From Clostridiales bacterium UBA1738 (GTDB taxonomy: Bacteria; Bacillota; Clostridia; UBA1381): a stretch of DNA of 40,000 bases. A program made the translations under genes and the position numbers. The stretch covers positions 44,362-84,361 of the forward strand of contig DCIA01000004.1 of assembly GCA_002315735.1 (NCBI GenBank), in the 5' to 3' direction. The notes below the pieces were generated by a model, which was not told where the DNA came from, made no database searches, and saw only the letters and a list, made by a program, of their open reading frames with translations. Every line of letters begins with the position of its first letter. The stretch's first letter is position 1. Of the stretch, positions 9,884 to 19,391 are shown one piece after another.

Positions 9884-10664
9884 TGTATTATTAGTTGAAA
9901 AAGGTCTTTGTGAGAGTCGTGAAAAAGCAAAGGCTCTTATTATGGCAGGTCAGGTTTATATTGATGGGACAAAATGTGATAAAGCAGGCGAAACTTTTGA
10001 TGTTTCAAAGACTCCTGAAATACGTGGTGAGCAACTAAAATATGTAAGCCGTGGCGGTTTAAAATTAGAAAAAGCAATGAAGGAATTTCCTATAAATTTA
10101 ACTGATAAAATTTGTATGGATATTGGTGCTTCTACGGGTGGTTTTACCGACTGTATGCTACAAAATGGAGCAAAAAAAGTTTTTTCTGTCGATGTCGGAT
10201 ATGGTCAATTTGCTTGGAAACTTCGTAATGACGATCGAGTTGTTAATATGGAAAGAACAAATATTAGATATGTAACCCAAAAGGACATAGGAACTTTATT
10301 GGATTTTGCATCTATTGATGTATCTTTCATCTCTCTTAAACTTGTTTTGCCGGTAGCGTATGAATTGCTTTCCGAAAACGGCGAACTTGTCGCTTTAATA
10401 AAACCTCAATTTGAAGCCGGTCGTGAACAGGTCGGAAAAAAAGGCGTTGTTCGTGATATAAATGTGCATCTTGATGTGGTCAAAAACATAGTTGAATTTG
10501 CAAAAGAATTGAATTTTTCCGTTTCCGGTCTTTCCTTCTCACCTATAAAAGGACCTGAGGGAAATATAGAATACCTAGTACACTTAAAAAAATCTTTAGA
10601 AAAAAGTTATGTTGATTTAGAACTAATAAAAAATGTTGTTACCGAATCTCATTCTACATTATAG
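9861..10664 (+). CDS. tlyA: TlyA-family rRNA 2'-O-methyltransferase (hemolysin A-like)
   Basis: N-terminal S4 domain (RIDVLLVEKGL...), FtsJ-like SAM motif DIGASTGGFTD, and dxs-tlyA synteny. The 23-nt overlap with dxs is seen directly. Confidence 0.9.
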   Translation: MTQKQRIDVLLVEKGLCESREKAKALIMAGQVYIDGTKCDKAGETFDVSKTPEIRGEQLKYVSRGGLKLEKAMKEFPINLTDKICMDIGASTGGFTDCMLQNGAKKVFSVDVGYGQFAWKLRNDDRVVNMERTNIRYVTQKDIGTLLDFASIDVSFISLKLVLPVAYELLSENGELVALIKPQFEAGREQVGKKGVVRDINVHLDVVKNIVEFAKELNFSVSGLSFSPIKGPEGNIEYLVHLKKSLEKSYVDLELIKNVVTESHSTL

Positions 10665-10673
10665 GAGAAAAAT

Positions 10674-11558
10674 ATGAATCTTAATAATGATATTATTATT
10701 ACAGGAAATCGTGCTATCGCAAAGTCATACGCAAAAGTAAATTTAACATTAGACGTATTAGGTCGACTGGAAAACGGATATCACGAAGTTGAAATGATTA
10801 TGCAGTCATTAACATTATTTGATTTAATTATAATAGACAAGCGTTCTCACGAAATTCATATATCAACAAATATTAAGTCGCTACCAAACAACGATAATAA
10901 CATAGCGTATAAGGCAGCAAAACTGTTTTTTGAAACAACTAATGTTTCCGGTGGGGCTAAAATACTAATACATAAAAACATTCCAATCGCTGCCGGTCTT
11001 GCCGGAGGCAGTGGAAATGCAGCAGCTGTTTTGTGTGGATTAAATCTCTTGTATAACACAAATTTATCACACGACGAACTTCTTAGTATGGCTTTAAAAC
11101 TAGGTGCAGATGTGCCTTATTGTATTATAGGCGGAACTTGTTTGGCAAAAGGTATTGGAGAAAACTTAACACCTCTTTCCCCCATTCCAACGTTTCCAGT
11201 TGTATTAGTAAAACCTGACTTAAATATTTCAACAAAACTAATTTATGATAAAATAGATTCTTTAAAAAATCCCGTTCATCCAAATAACAAATCAGCAATA
11301 GAAGCAATATCTAATGCTGATACAAAACGATTATTCGACAATATGGATAATCTTATGGAAGATGTTACATCAGATATATGTCCTGAAATAAAAGAAATAG
11401 AATCAACAATGTATAAATTTGGCGCAGAAAAAGCAATGATGAGTGGTTCCGGCCCGTCTGTTTTTGGTTTATTTTCTAATGATACTTCTGCAAAAAAGGC
11501 ATTTGATGAACTTTCAAAAAAATACTCACAAACATTTTTAACCCATACATTTAATTAA
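10674..11558 (+). CDS. ispE: 4-diphosphocytidyl-2-C-methyl-D-erythritol kinase
   Basis: GHMP kinase motif PIAAGLAGGSGNAAAVL and N-terminal AKVNLTLDV. Confidence 0.92.
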   Translation: MNLNNDIIITGNRAIAKSYAKVNLTLDVLGRLENGYHEVEMIMQSLTLFDLIIIDKRSHEIHISTNIKSLPNNDNNIAYKAAKLFFETTNVSGGAKILIHKNIPIAAGLAGGSGNAAAVLCGLNLLYNTNLSHDELLSMALKLGADVPYCIIGGTCLAKGIGENLTPLSPIPTFPVVLVKPDLNISTKLIYDKIDSLKNPVHPNNKSAIEAISNADTKRLFDNMDNLMEDVTSDICPEIKEIESTMYKFGAEKAMMSGSGPSVFGLFSNDTSAKKAFDELSKKYSQTFLTHTFN

Positions 11559-11576
11559 ATTTTTACAAAAAAATCC

Positions 11577-11605
11577 TTGACAAATATTGATTTTTATTGT
11601 ATAAT
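11577..11605 (+). promoter_or_regulatory. Sigma-A type promoter of tRNA-Leu
   Basis: TTGACA (11577-11582), 17-nt spacer, TATAAT (11600-11605), about 20 nt upstream of the tRNA 5' end. Confidence 0.55.
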
Positions 11606-11625
11606 AAATTCTGTTGTTAAGCAAC

Positions 11626-11714
11626 GCCCAAGTGGCGGAATTGGCAGACGCCCAGGACTTAAAATCCTGTGGGAAGAGATTCCCGTGCCGGTTCGACCCC
11701 GGCCTTGGGCACCA
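11626..11714 (+). tRNA. tRNA-Leu (anticodon UAA), CCA encoded
   Basis: Manual cloverleaf. Acceptor GCCCAAG/CTTGGGC. Anticodon stem CAGGA/TCCTG with loop CTTAAAA. Long variable arm. T-arm GCCGG-TTCGACC-CCGGC. Discriminator A plus CCA. Confidence 0.9.
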
Positions 11715-11755
11715 AATAAGAGTGAATAGTTTCACTCTTATTTTTTATTTTTTTT
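11715..11755 (+). terminator. Rho-independent terminator after tRNA-Leu
   Basis: AATAAGAGTGAA-TAGT-TTCACTCTTATT followed by a long T-run. Confidence 0.8.
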
Positions 11756-11756
11756 A

Positions 11757-11795
11757 AGAAAAATTAAGAGCACTTATGTTGAAGATAAGTGCTCT
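11757..11795 (-). terminator. Terminator of the deacetylase/GH30 transcription unit
   Basis: Stem AGAGCACTTAT / ATAAGTGCTCT with a 7-nt loop. On the minus strand it is followed by TTAATTTTTCTTAAAAAAAA. Confidence 0.6.
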
Positions 11796-11822
11796 GTTTA
11801 TTTAATATAAAACTGTCCGTTT

Positions 11823-12671
11823 TTATTCTATTGTAATCGTTTTTCCTGATTCAATACTATATAGTTTTTCATCAATGTCAAACCATATTTTTTTCAATGT
11901 AGGGTTATATATCTTCTTTCCGTTAGCGCTGTATATTAGTGAGTTATAGGCATTAACATATTCACAAATTTCCATATTTGTTGCATACCAGATATCATCT
12001 TTTCTTGAAATCTTTTCACAAATATTTTCTAACAAATCCCAGTTATTCTCCCTATCAAATTCGTAGGAATGACCCCAAAGATAGAATAACCTTGAATCTC
12101 TACTGGCGCTATAATCTTTTATAGGGAAATCAGGATTTGTAAACTTTTCAATATACTGCATCAAATTTGGATTTTTGTGATGTGCCGTAGGTACCCAAGC
12201 ATAAAAATCTTCAGGAATATTAAAATTATCATTATCAGCACCCAATGTTCTTGCATATGCGATATCAAGATTCTTTAAATACTCCCTAATTTGTTCATAA
12301 CTAACACCCGGTAGCATTTTAGTTATTCCACTATCGGGGTATGCCATACCTCTTATTATTATGTCAAATCTTTCTTCTAAGTCAAGTCTACAATTTAACA
12401 CTTCTTTTATTCCTTCGATAGGTCGTACTTTCCCTAATGCACGATGCAGTTCACCATGTACTGCTATTTCGTGATTATTTTCTAACACATTTTTTTTAAT
12501 TTCATCGACAGAAAAATTCTGATTGATTTGTGAATTTAAGTTAAATGTGCATTTTAGTCCATATTTATTTATTGTTTCTATAAACCTTCTATCTGCTTCA
12601 GGTGCATCGTCATAACTTAGAGTGAACGCTTTTGCTTTTCCATCAGGAAATCTCATTAATTGGTATCTCAT
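11823..12671 (-). CDS. Polysaccharide deacetylase family protein (NodB/CE4-like)
   Basis: 282 aa. FTLSYDDAP (catalytic Asp pair context) and VHGELH metal-binding-type motif. Confidence 0.75.
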   Translation of the reverse strand: MRYQLMRFPDGKAKAFTLSYDDAPEADRRFIETINKYGLKCTFNLNSQINQNFSVDEIKKNVLENNHEIAVHGELHRALGKVRPIEGIKEVLNCRLDLEERFDIIIRGMAYPDSGITKMLPGVSYEQIREYLKNLDIAYARTLGADNDNFNIPEDFYAWVPTAHHKNPNLMQYIEKFTNPDFPIKDYSASRDSRLFYLWGHSYEFDRENNWDLLENICEKISRKDDIWYATNMEICEYVNAYNSLIYSANGKKIYNPTLKKIWFDIDEKLYSIESGKTITIE

Positions 12672-12697
12672 ATTTTCCTCCCTGTAACAGTTATTAT

Positions 12698-14017
12698 CTA
12701 TTCAAAAATATATGTAGCAATAGAGTGCGCTTCTGCTTTTGTATTTAATATTTCACCATTTATTGAAATATTAAATTCAGTATCGTTATCTGTCATATTA
12801 AGCACAACTGTTACTATCGTTCCATCAGGATTTTTGAAAGAAACAGTGTCTATAATAGGAGACCATTTGCTGCTTCCTATTCTTTTTGCACCCTTTTGTA
12901 CATATTTGCTGAAATGTCCGATGTAATAATATGAATCATGAATAAATACTTTGTCATTAACAGTATCCGCCATTATCGGAGCATCACAGAAATTGCCAAC
13001 ATGATTTGGCCCGCCTTTTTCATCTAGCAGCAAATTCCAATCGCAGAATATATTACAATAATTATTGAAATTTCCAATAATATCATGTGCATATCTTTCT
13101 CCGATTTTAACGGTATCTGTTTGTCCTAAACTATACTCATAACACCCTTCCGAAAAAACGATATCTTTATCAGGATATAGTTTATTAAACATATTTAATT
13201 GTTCAAAATGGTCACCACTGTACCAGTGGAACGCTATTCCGGAAATGTATTTATTTGCATCGTCATCAGTCAAAACAACATTTGATCTACTGATTATTCT
13301 TTCCTTGTTATGATCCCAGAATAAGATTTTAACTCCGCAGTCATACATTTTTTTGCCAAGATAATTCTTAACAAAATCTCTTTCCTCTTCTGCTGTATAG
13401 ACGCAGGAGTCCCATGTTTGTGCTGCTTTTGGTTCATTTTGAACAGACACAACACCAATGTTTATTCCTTTTTCTTTGTAGGCTTCTATAAATTTTACAA
13501 AATATTCTGACCAAGCATCAAAATACTCTTCTTTTAGTTTTCCACCCTCATTCATCATACCATTTGTTTTCATAAATGCCGGTGGGCTCCAAGGTGATAC
13601 AAAAAAATCTATATCATTATATTCCAATGCATCTTTTATCATAGGTATTAGGGATTTTTCATCTCTTTTAATATTAAAAGTTTTTAATTCAGCGTCACCC
13701 TCTTCTACACAAGTGTAGTTTCCAAGAGAGAAATCACAACTATTCATATGTATGCGACCAAAATTATATCCAATGCCTTCTTTTTTATCAAAATACATTT
13801 TTAATATTTTTTCTCTGTTTTTTTCACTAAGTTTATCAAGAGTTGTTGATGCAGCTTCGGTAAAAGCACCTCCAAACCCCTTTATTTCTTGATATTCTAT
13901 CTCCGGAAATACACATACAAGTTGACCTTCTAAATTTGTATTTTTAATGCTCGAAAAATCTTCGCAAACACTCATGGGTTCTTTGCCTTTAACTGTTTTG
14001 ATTACTTTGGTCTTCAT
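12698..14017 (-). CDS. Glycoside hydrolase family 30 (glucosylceramidase-like)
   Basis: 439 aa. GFGGAFTEAAS, SPWSPPAFMKTNG and VSVQNEP (acid/base Glu context) are GH30 hallmarks. Only 26 nt separate it from the downstream deacetylase. Confidence 0.85.
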   Translation of the reverse strand: MKTKVIKTVKGKEPMSVCEDFSSIKNTNLEGQLVCVFPEIEYQEIKGFGGAFTEAASTTLDKLSEKNREKILKMYFDKKEGIGYNFGRIHMNSCDFSLGNYTCVEEGDAELKTFNIKRDEKSLIPMIKDALEYNDIDFFVSPWSPPAFMKTNGMMNEGGKLKEEYFDAWSEYFVKFIEAYKEKGINIGVVSVQNEPKAAQTWDSCVYTAEEERDFVKNYLGKKMYDCGVKILFWDHNKERIISRSNVVLTDDDANKYISGIAFHWYSGDHFEQLNMFNKLYPDKDIVFSEGCYEYSLGQTDTVKIGERYAHDIIGNFNNYCNIFCDWNLLLDEKGGPNHVGNFCDAPIMADTVNDKVFIHDSYYYIGHFSKYVQKGAKRIGSSKWSPIIDTVSFKNPDGTIVTVVLNMTDNDTEFNISINGEILNTKAEAHSIATYIFE

Positions 14018-14134
14018 GACTTATTGCTCCTTTTGCTTAATCTATTAAGTTATTATATATTATCATATCCAATTTACCAATGTCAACACATAAGAAAAAG
14101 AATATTACATTTTTTTACATTTTAAATTATACTA

Positions 14135-14162
14135 TTGACACAGAACTATATATTGCTATAAT
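14135..14162 (+). promoter_or_regulatory. Sigma-A type promoter
   Basis: TTGACA (14135-14140), 16-nt spacer, TATAAT (14157-14162). Confidence 0.5.
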
Positions 14163-14196
14163 GTTGAATATATATTATTGTTTTAAGGAGGCAGGT

Positions 14197-14577
14197 ATGT
14201 TTACTAAAAAAGTTAATCTTAAAAGATTTTCTAAATGGTTGTTACCTCTTTGCATTTTTATTTTATATTTTATTAGCAGTATGGTTTTTTTTACAAACGG
14301 AGTTATTGACAAATTCTTTCCAATAAGTATTAATTTTCAGTTTTCAATACCTATTTCCTTTATTTTTGCAGGACTATTTTGTGCTATATTTATTTTACTA
14401 ACAAAAAATCAAATTTCAGATACTGTTTTTATATATAGGCCGCAAAACAAACTATCAATGTATGATTATCTAATTTGTGCCATACTCGCATTTTTTACTT
14501 CAGCGATTTTTTCGTTATTTCCGCATAGCATACTTATTCCAAAAAACTACCGGAAATTTATGAAGAGGCAAATCTGA
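14197..14577 (+). CDS. Hypothetical small membrane protein (about 3 predicted TM segments)
   Basis: Start moved to MFTKKVNLKRF (AAGGAGG 5 nt upstream). Very hydrophobic. No recognisable family. Confidence 0.5.
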   Translation: MFTKKVNLKRFSKWLLPLCIFILYFISSMVFFTNGVIDKFFPISINFQFSIPISFIFAGLFCAIFILLTKNQISDTVFIYRPQNKLSMYDYLICAILAFFTSAIFSLFPHSILIPKNYRKFMKRQI

Positions 14578-14633
14578 TTAACCAATATTTGTTAAAGCAA
14601 ACTAAATCAAACAATTATTTGCTTATAGAATTT

Positions 14634-14677
14634 GACAATTACTATCTATATGAACCCTCAAATAAATAGTAATTGTC
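14634..14677. repeat. Perfect 11-bp inverted repeat with a 22-nt loop between convergent genes
   Basis: GACAATTACTA (14634-14644) / TAGTAATTGTC (14667-14677). No flanking U-tract on either strand. Confidence 0.4.
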
Positions 14678-14700
14678 TCAACTATAAAGAAAACAGAACT

Positions 14701-15495
14701 TTACCATTTTTCACCGGCGTTATGAAATTCTTTTCCGACAAACGCTGTTTGCTTAAAATCTTCCATGTTATGTCTTATAATATAATCGATATAAGATTCT
14801 ATCATATGTGCAGTCAAAAGATAGCCGGAAGCATTTAAATGACCGCCTAAATAAAAATTCTTTTTAAAATCAGAATCATACTTTGGAGCATATTTTCTAA
14901 AATCTAATACATATGTATTTTCAAAGATATCTGATATTTGATAAATTATAGATTGGTGCTTTGTAAACTCACTTTCGTTTTCTTTATCCAAATCATCAGG
15001 AACCGTCATTAAGAAAAATTTTGCTTTCGGTTGAATTTCTTTTAGTCTTTGAATGATTTGACCATAATAACCGGCAAATGTCTTTTTATTATTATGCCAA
15101 TCATTTACATCTATATCATTTACAGAGCCAAGTTCTTTCTTTTGATTAACTTCATTAACTCCAAGCGCTATTATATATGCTTGACATTCAAATTTAGGTG
15201 ACCAAAAATTATTTGCTTTTGCAAAAGTTTCGCAGTATTCTTCCCCTGTCATTCCGCCTCTTGAAAAGTTATATACCTTTGCGCCGATATTTCTCGCAAT
15301 AAATTGTCCCCATGAATATTCATAATAGTCATGATATCCTTTTTCGTTATTTTCATCAAGCGATTCCATTTCACCTGACGAAAGGCTATCACCAACACAG
15401 CCTATTGTTCTAAAAATTCCGCAGAATCCACCATCTGTGATATATTTATCAAGTGGTTTTTCATTTTTGCTAAAAAACAATTCATTAATATTCAT
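14701..15495 (-). CDS. SGNH/GDSL-family hydrolase (esterase/lipase-like)
   Basis: Block I GCVGDSLSSGE. Later blocks include ALGVNE and GGHLNASG. Confidence 0.8.
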   Translation of the reverse strand: MNINELFFSKNEKPLDKYITDGGFCGIFRTIGCVGDSLSSGEMESLDENNEKGYHDYYEYSWGQFIARNIGAKVYNFSRGGMTGEEYCETFAKANNFWSPKFECQAYIIALGVNEVNQKKELGSVNDIDVNDWHNNKKTFAGYYGQIIQRLKEIQPKAKFFLMTVPDDLDKENESEFTKHQSIIYQISDIFENTYVLDFRKYAPKYDSDFKKNFYLGGHLNASGYLLTAHMIESYIDYIIRHNMEDFKQTAFVGKEFHNAGEKW

Positions 15496-15548
15496 TTTAA
15501 ATTCCCCTTAAAATTCTTGAATTTTTTAAATCTACATTATAATAAGTT

Positions 15549-16346
15549 CTATAACTTAGACAGTTTCTCAAATATTCCGACTGCTTTATCTGCACAATAT
15601 TCTTCGCAAATAAGTGGCACATCAACTTTGTACTCATTTATAAGACTAAATAAGTAAGCAAAGTCTAATTCTCCCTCAAAAGGAATTTCGGCTTTTTTAT
15701 TACCGTCTATTATTGAAAAATCCTTAATATGTATAGCACAAATTTTATCTGAAAATAGTTCAAATGACTTTTTTAAAATCTCTCTTTGCTTATCATAATT
15801 GTTAATATCAATATAATTTACAGGGTCTAAAATAACCTTTACATTGTCAGAATTCAAATCATCTAAAAGCCTTTTCATCTTTTCCGGTGTGTTTATTACA
15901 AAACAATGCACGCCTTCAATTCCTATGCACACATCATACTTTTCAGCTTCTGAAACAATTTCTTTTAAATTTGACAATAAATACTCATAAGCTTCTTCGG
16001 TATCAGTCATATTATCTTTGTACATTCCCGTTTCAGTGCCTACAACAATAGGTTTTAAAACACTAGCATACTTGATTTTCTCTTTAAATCTTTCAATATC
16101 AAATCTCAATTCATCATAATTTGGATTTGTAGGGTTTATATAACTTCCTAAAACAGAAATCTTTATTTCACCAAGTTGCTCTTTTATTGAATTGGCATAT
16201 TCTTCTGTAAAATCACCAAATTTAAAGCCATCAACAGTTTTTTCTAAAACCAATTGAAGATATGATATATCATTTCTTTTACACCAATTACAAATATTAA
16301 TAAGTCCGTTTACAGGTGCATCGTGACCTCTTATACCTTTTTTCAT
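15549..16346 (-). CDS. Sugar phosphate isomerase/epimerase (xylose-isomerase-like TIM barrel)
   Basis: 265 aa. The general pattern (…IGIEGVH…, …AIHIKD…) fits AP-endonuclease 2 / xylose isomerase-like TIM-barrel proteins. Assigned by pattern only. Confidence 0.65.
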   Translation of the reverse strand: MKKGIRGHDAPVNGLINICNWCKRNDISYLQLVLEKTVDGFKFGDFTEEYANSIKEQLGEIKISVLGSYINPTNPNYDELRFDIERFKEKIKYASVLKPIVVGTETGMYKDNMTDTEEAYEYLLSNLKEIVSEAEKYDVCIGIEGVHCFVINTPEKMKRLLDDLNSDNVKVILDPVNYIDINNYDKQREILKKSFELFSDKICAIHIKDFSIIDGNKKAEIPFEGELDFAYLFSLINEYKVDVPLICEEYCADKAVGIFEKLSKL

Positions 16347-16419
16347 TATATCCCCCCGATAAGTAACTAAATTTTCTTCATTATACCATATTATTTAATA
16401 TTTTTCAATAAGTTATAAA

Positions 16420-16459
16420 AACCAGAAAACAAAAAAGCGACCAATATTTGATCGCTTTT
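16420..16459 (-). terminator. Rho-independent terminator
   Basis: Minus strand AAAAGCGA-loop-TCGCTTTT followed by TTTTGTTTTC. The stem overlaps the stop codon of the membrane-protein gene. Confidence 0.6.
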
Positions 16460-17006
16460 AGTTATTATGCTTATTTTGACGTTTAATTTTGTGTTCTAAT
16501 TTTTTCTCTTCTCTTTTCATATTATTAATAGTTCTTGCCCTATGGCCTTGTCCTATTCTTGCAAAAGTCATCACAATAAAGTAGAATAAAAACGTAACCG
16601 GTATAGAAACAAATTTAGAAGTAAACCCTAAAATGTAAGATGTTTTTGCCGCACAAAAGAAGAAAGTATATATTGGCTCCGGCACAAAAAAATAACCGAC
16701 AATATTGATTGCAAACAGCAACAAAATTACTATTGTATTCACCTTAAAATATGTTAAATCCCCTCGAATATGTCTTCTATGTTTTCTCATAAAAAAGAAC
16801 TCAACTGTAAGGATTACCAAAAAAGTCAATAAAACAAACATTTTGCTAAATCTTATAGTGGTACTAACATTAATTTGTGTATAGAAGAGTACCATTAAAA
16901 AATTACCTACAAACCAAACGATAAACGCTTGAAATAAACGAATATTAATATATGTGAGTCCTTTAACTTGATTTGCATATAATTTATTTTGATTTTTATA
17001 ACTCAT
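16458..17006 (-). CDS. Hypothetical multi-pass membrane protein with a basic C-terminal tail
   Basis: Start placed at MSYKNQNK with GGAGGG upstream; the track ORF starts at an upstream GTG overlapping the preceding gene. No recognisable family. Confidence 0.5.
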   Translation of the reverse strand: MSYKNQNKLYANQVKGLTYINIRLFQAFIVWFVGNFLMVLFYTQINVSTTIRFSKMFVLLTFLVILTVEFFFMRKHRRHIRGDLTYFKVNTIVILLLFAINIVGYFFVPEPIYTFFFCAAKTSYILGFTSKFVSIPVTFLFYFIVMTFARIGQGHRARTINNMKREEKKLEHKIKRQNKHNN

Positions 17007-17101
17007 AATACCCTCCAAATTATGTTTTAGTAAAAAAACGGAACAGCAATTTTTCACTTGTCCCGAGATTGTAAAAGCCGACCAATAAAGATATCCGATT
17101 A

Positions 17102-17800
17102 TCACCAGGGTTTACCTGTTACATAACCTTTTTTATACCAATAGTTATCATCAACCTCTGCCATTTTTCTGCCCTTATGAAACAAACGATAAATATAAAA
17201 TATAGTCTTTACCCTAATTGATGGTGTTACATTGTCACTTGATTTTTTTATTTTTATAACTGTCCTGTCTACTTTTTTATATATTCTTCTCATAAAGTGT
17301 TCCGGCATATTATTCCAATCGTATCCCCATACACCCTGTTTAATATAGTGCGTTCTTCCAACTCCCCAATAATTCATACTGTCCTTAATATCTTTAACTG
17401 TGGATTTCATACCCCCGCCCGCAGCACTTGTAACAATGAGTGCTTGTTTTTTCATAAAAGATAAATCAGGACTGTGAACAATCCAACGATATCCGAAATG
17501 GTCGAGAAGTGTTTTAATTTGTCCGGGAGTATGATAAACATATGATGGTGAACAAAATATAATAAGCTTCGATTTTTCCATTGCATCAATTATCTTTTTT
17601 ATATATTCATATCCACCGCATTTTTCGGGATGACCTCCGAAACAAGCATAACACCCAACACACATATGAGGCATATCTTGAGGAAGATAAAATTCATATA
17701 ATTCATCGCCGCAACGAAGCTTGTCAATCACTAAATGTGCAATTCCGAAAGTAACCGATTTTGTTTTTCTTTTGTTGGGATAAAATATTGTTATATTCAT
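17102..17800 (-). CDS. Flavodoxin-like fold NAD(P)H-dependent oxidoreductase / iron-sulfur flavoprotein-like
   Basis: Start at MNITIFYPN (GGGGTGGA upstream). Cys cluster CVGCYACFGG…C and a flavodoxin-like layout (…IIFCSPSYVYHTPGQ…). Confidence 0.65.
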   Translation of the reverse strand: MNITIFYPNKRKTKSVTFGIAHLVIDKLRCGDELYEFYLPQDMPHMCVGCYACFGGHPEKCGGYEYIKKIIDAMEKSKLIIFCSPSYVYHTPGQIKTLLDHFGYRWIVHSPDLSFMKKQALIVTSAAGGGMKSTVKDIKDSMNYWGVGRTHYIKQGVWGYDWNNMPEHFMRRIYKKVDRTVIKIKKSSDNVTPSIRVKTIFYIYRLFHKGRKMAEVDDNYWYKKGYVTGKPW

Positions 17801-17869
17801 AATTTCCACCCCTTATTATTATCATTTAAAGAAATCTACGCTCCATCGCTATGCATCGGCATAAATAGC

Positions 17870-18266
17870 TTACAACAAATCCTCTAAAGTCTTATTATCA
17901 AAAAACTGAACAATTAATTTGTGGAGTTCATCCCACATTTTTATAGTGTGGCAAATATTTTTTTTAGGACATTCATTTGTCGCTGTAGACAAACATGAAA
18001 CAGGCGCTAAATTTCCTTCTGTAAGTTTTAGTATATCTCCAATTATATAATCTTTTGGTTGTTTTGTTAAACGATATCCGCCACCATTTCCATGGACACC
18101 CTCAATCAAATTGTTTTTTTGTTAATACAGGCAAAATTCTTTCTAAATATTTAAGTGATATACCTTGTCTTTCGGCCACTTCCTTCATAGGGATATACTT
18201 TTCTTTTCCGTTTTGAGCTAAGTCAATCATGACTCTTATTGCATATCTGCCCCTTGTAGAAATCAT
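17870..18266 (-). pseudogene. Rrf2-family (IscR/CymR-like) transcriptional regulator, interrupted by a +1 frameshift in an A7 run
   Basis: N-terminal frame from ATG 18264-18266: MISTRGRYAIRVMIDLAQNGKEKYIPMKEVAERQGISLKYLERILPVLTKKQFD*. The C-terminal frame (track ORF 17870..18109) continues …IEGVHGNGGGYRLTK…C-x7-C-x5-C. Removing one A from the run at 18114-18120 gives …LTKNNLIEGVHG… in one frame. Confidence 0.85.
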
Positions 18267-18268
18267 AA

Positions 18269-19346
18269 TCATTCTCCTTCTATTATTGTTCCGCCGCCTA
18301 AGACTGTGTCATTATCATATAACACACAAGCCTGACCGGGCGTTATTGCCCTTTGCTTCTCTTCAAAAACGATGCGAATAGTTTTATCGTCTATTATATT
18401 CACGGTACAATTCTGTTCTTCTTGTCTATATCTAATTTTTGCTTTGCATCGAAATTCATTCTGTGGCACTTCACCGCTTACCCAATTAAAATCCGATACA
18501 ACTGCTTCATATGATAACAAATCACTTTTATCGCCTAAAACAACATTTCCGGAATCAGGACAAATTTTACAAACATAATATGGTTTATCCGATGATATTC
18601 CCAATCCTTTTCTTTGCCCGATTGTATAATTAATTATACCATTATTTTTTCCTATAATCAACCCATCCTTTGTTACGAAATTCCCCTTTATTAAATCTTT
18701 ATTTGTGTTTTTTTTAATCACGCTTGCATAATCACCATTTGGGGCAAAGCAAATATCCTGGCTGTCAGGCTTATTTGCATTTACAAAATCATTGTCATTT
18801 GCTATCTTCCTAACTTCACTTTTTTTCAAACAACCAAGCGGAAATTTCAAATGTGCAAGTTGCTCTTGGGTTAAAGAGTACAAAACATAACTTTGGTCTT
18901 TTGTACTGTCCACCGCTTTTTTTAAAACAAATTTTCCATTTTCAACTTCAATTCTCGCATAGTGGCCTGTTACAATATATTCACAGTCTAAAACCCTTGC
19001 TCTATCAAAAAGCTTATCAATTTTCATATACCGATTACAGTCAATACAAGGATTTGGTGTTATTCCCTTTTCATAACTCGCAACAATTTTTTTTAATTAT
19101 CTTTTCGTAAAAATCTTCTGTAAAATTAAATACATAATAATTCATTCCAAGATTAAAGGCAACACTTCTTGCGTCTTCAATATCTTCAAGCGAACAACAA
19201 GTATGTTCTTTTTTTATCCCTATATCTTCATTTTGAAATAGTTTCATAGTGCATCCGATACACTCATATCCACTATCAACCATTATTTTTGCAGCAATCG
19301 ACGAATCCACTCCACCACTCATGGCTATTAACGCTTTTTTATTCAT
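18269..19346 (-). pseudogene. mnmA: tRNA 2-thiouridine(34) synthase MnmA, interrupted by a +1 frameshift in an A8 run
   Basis: Track ORFs 19071..19346 (PP-loop AMSGGVDSS) and 18269..19027 (…VTGHYAR…) are the two halves. With one A fewer at 19087-19094 the reading frame gives …FYEKIIKKIVASYEKGITPNPCIDCNRYMKIDKLF…, restoring the conserved TPNPC..CN motif. Confidence 0.9.
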
Positions 19347-19391
19347 AGGAGTATCTCTTTTCTTAATTTATATGAAAAATATCACGTACAA

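Noticed and set aside
11538-11735. 65-aa minus-strand ORF
   Set aside because: It runs straight through tRNA-Leu and its terminator, so it is an artefact of the tRNA sequence.
18100-19110. Programmed ribosomal frameshifting in the Rrf2 gene or mnmA
   Set aside because: No recoding is known for these families, I see no stimulatory structure downstream, and both sites are simple poly-A runs. An indel (error, mutation or slippage) is the more economical reading.
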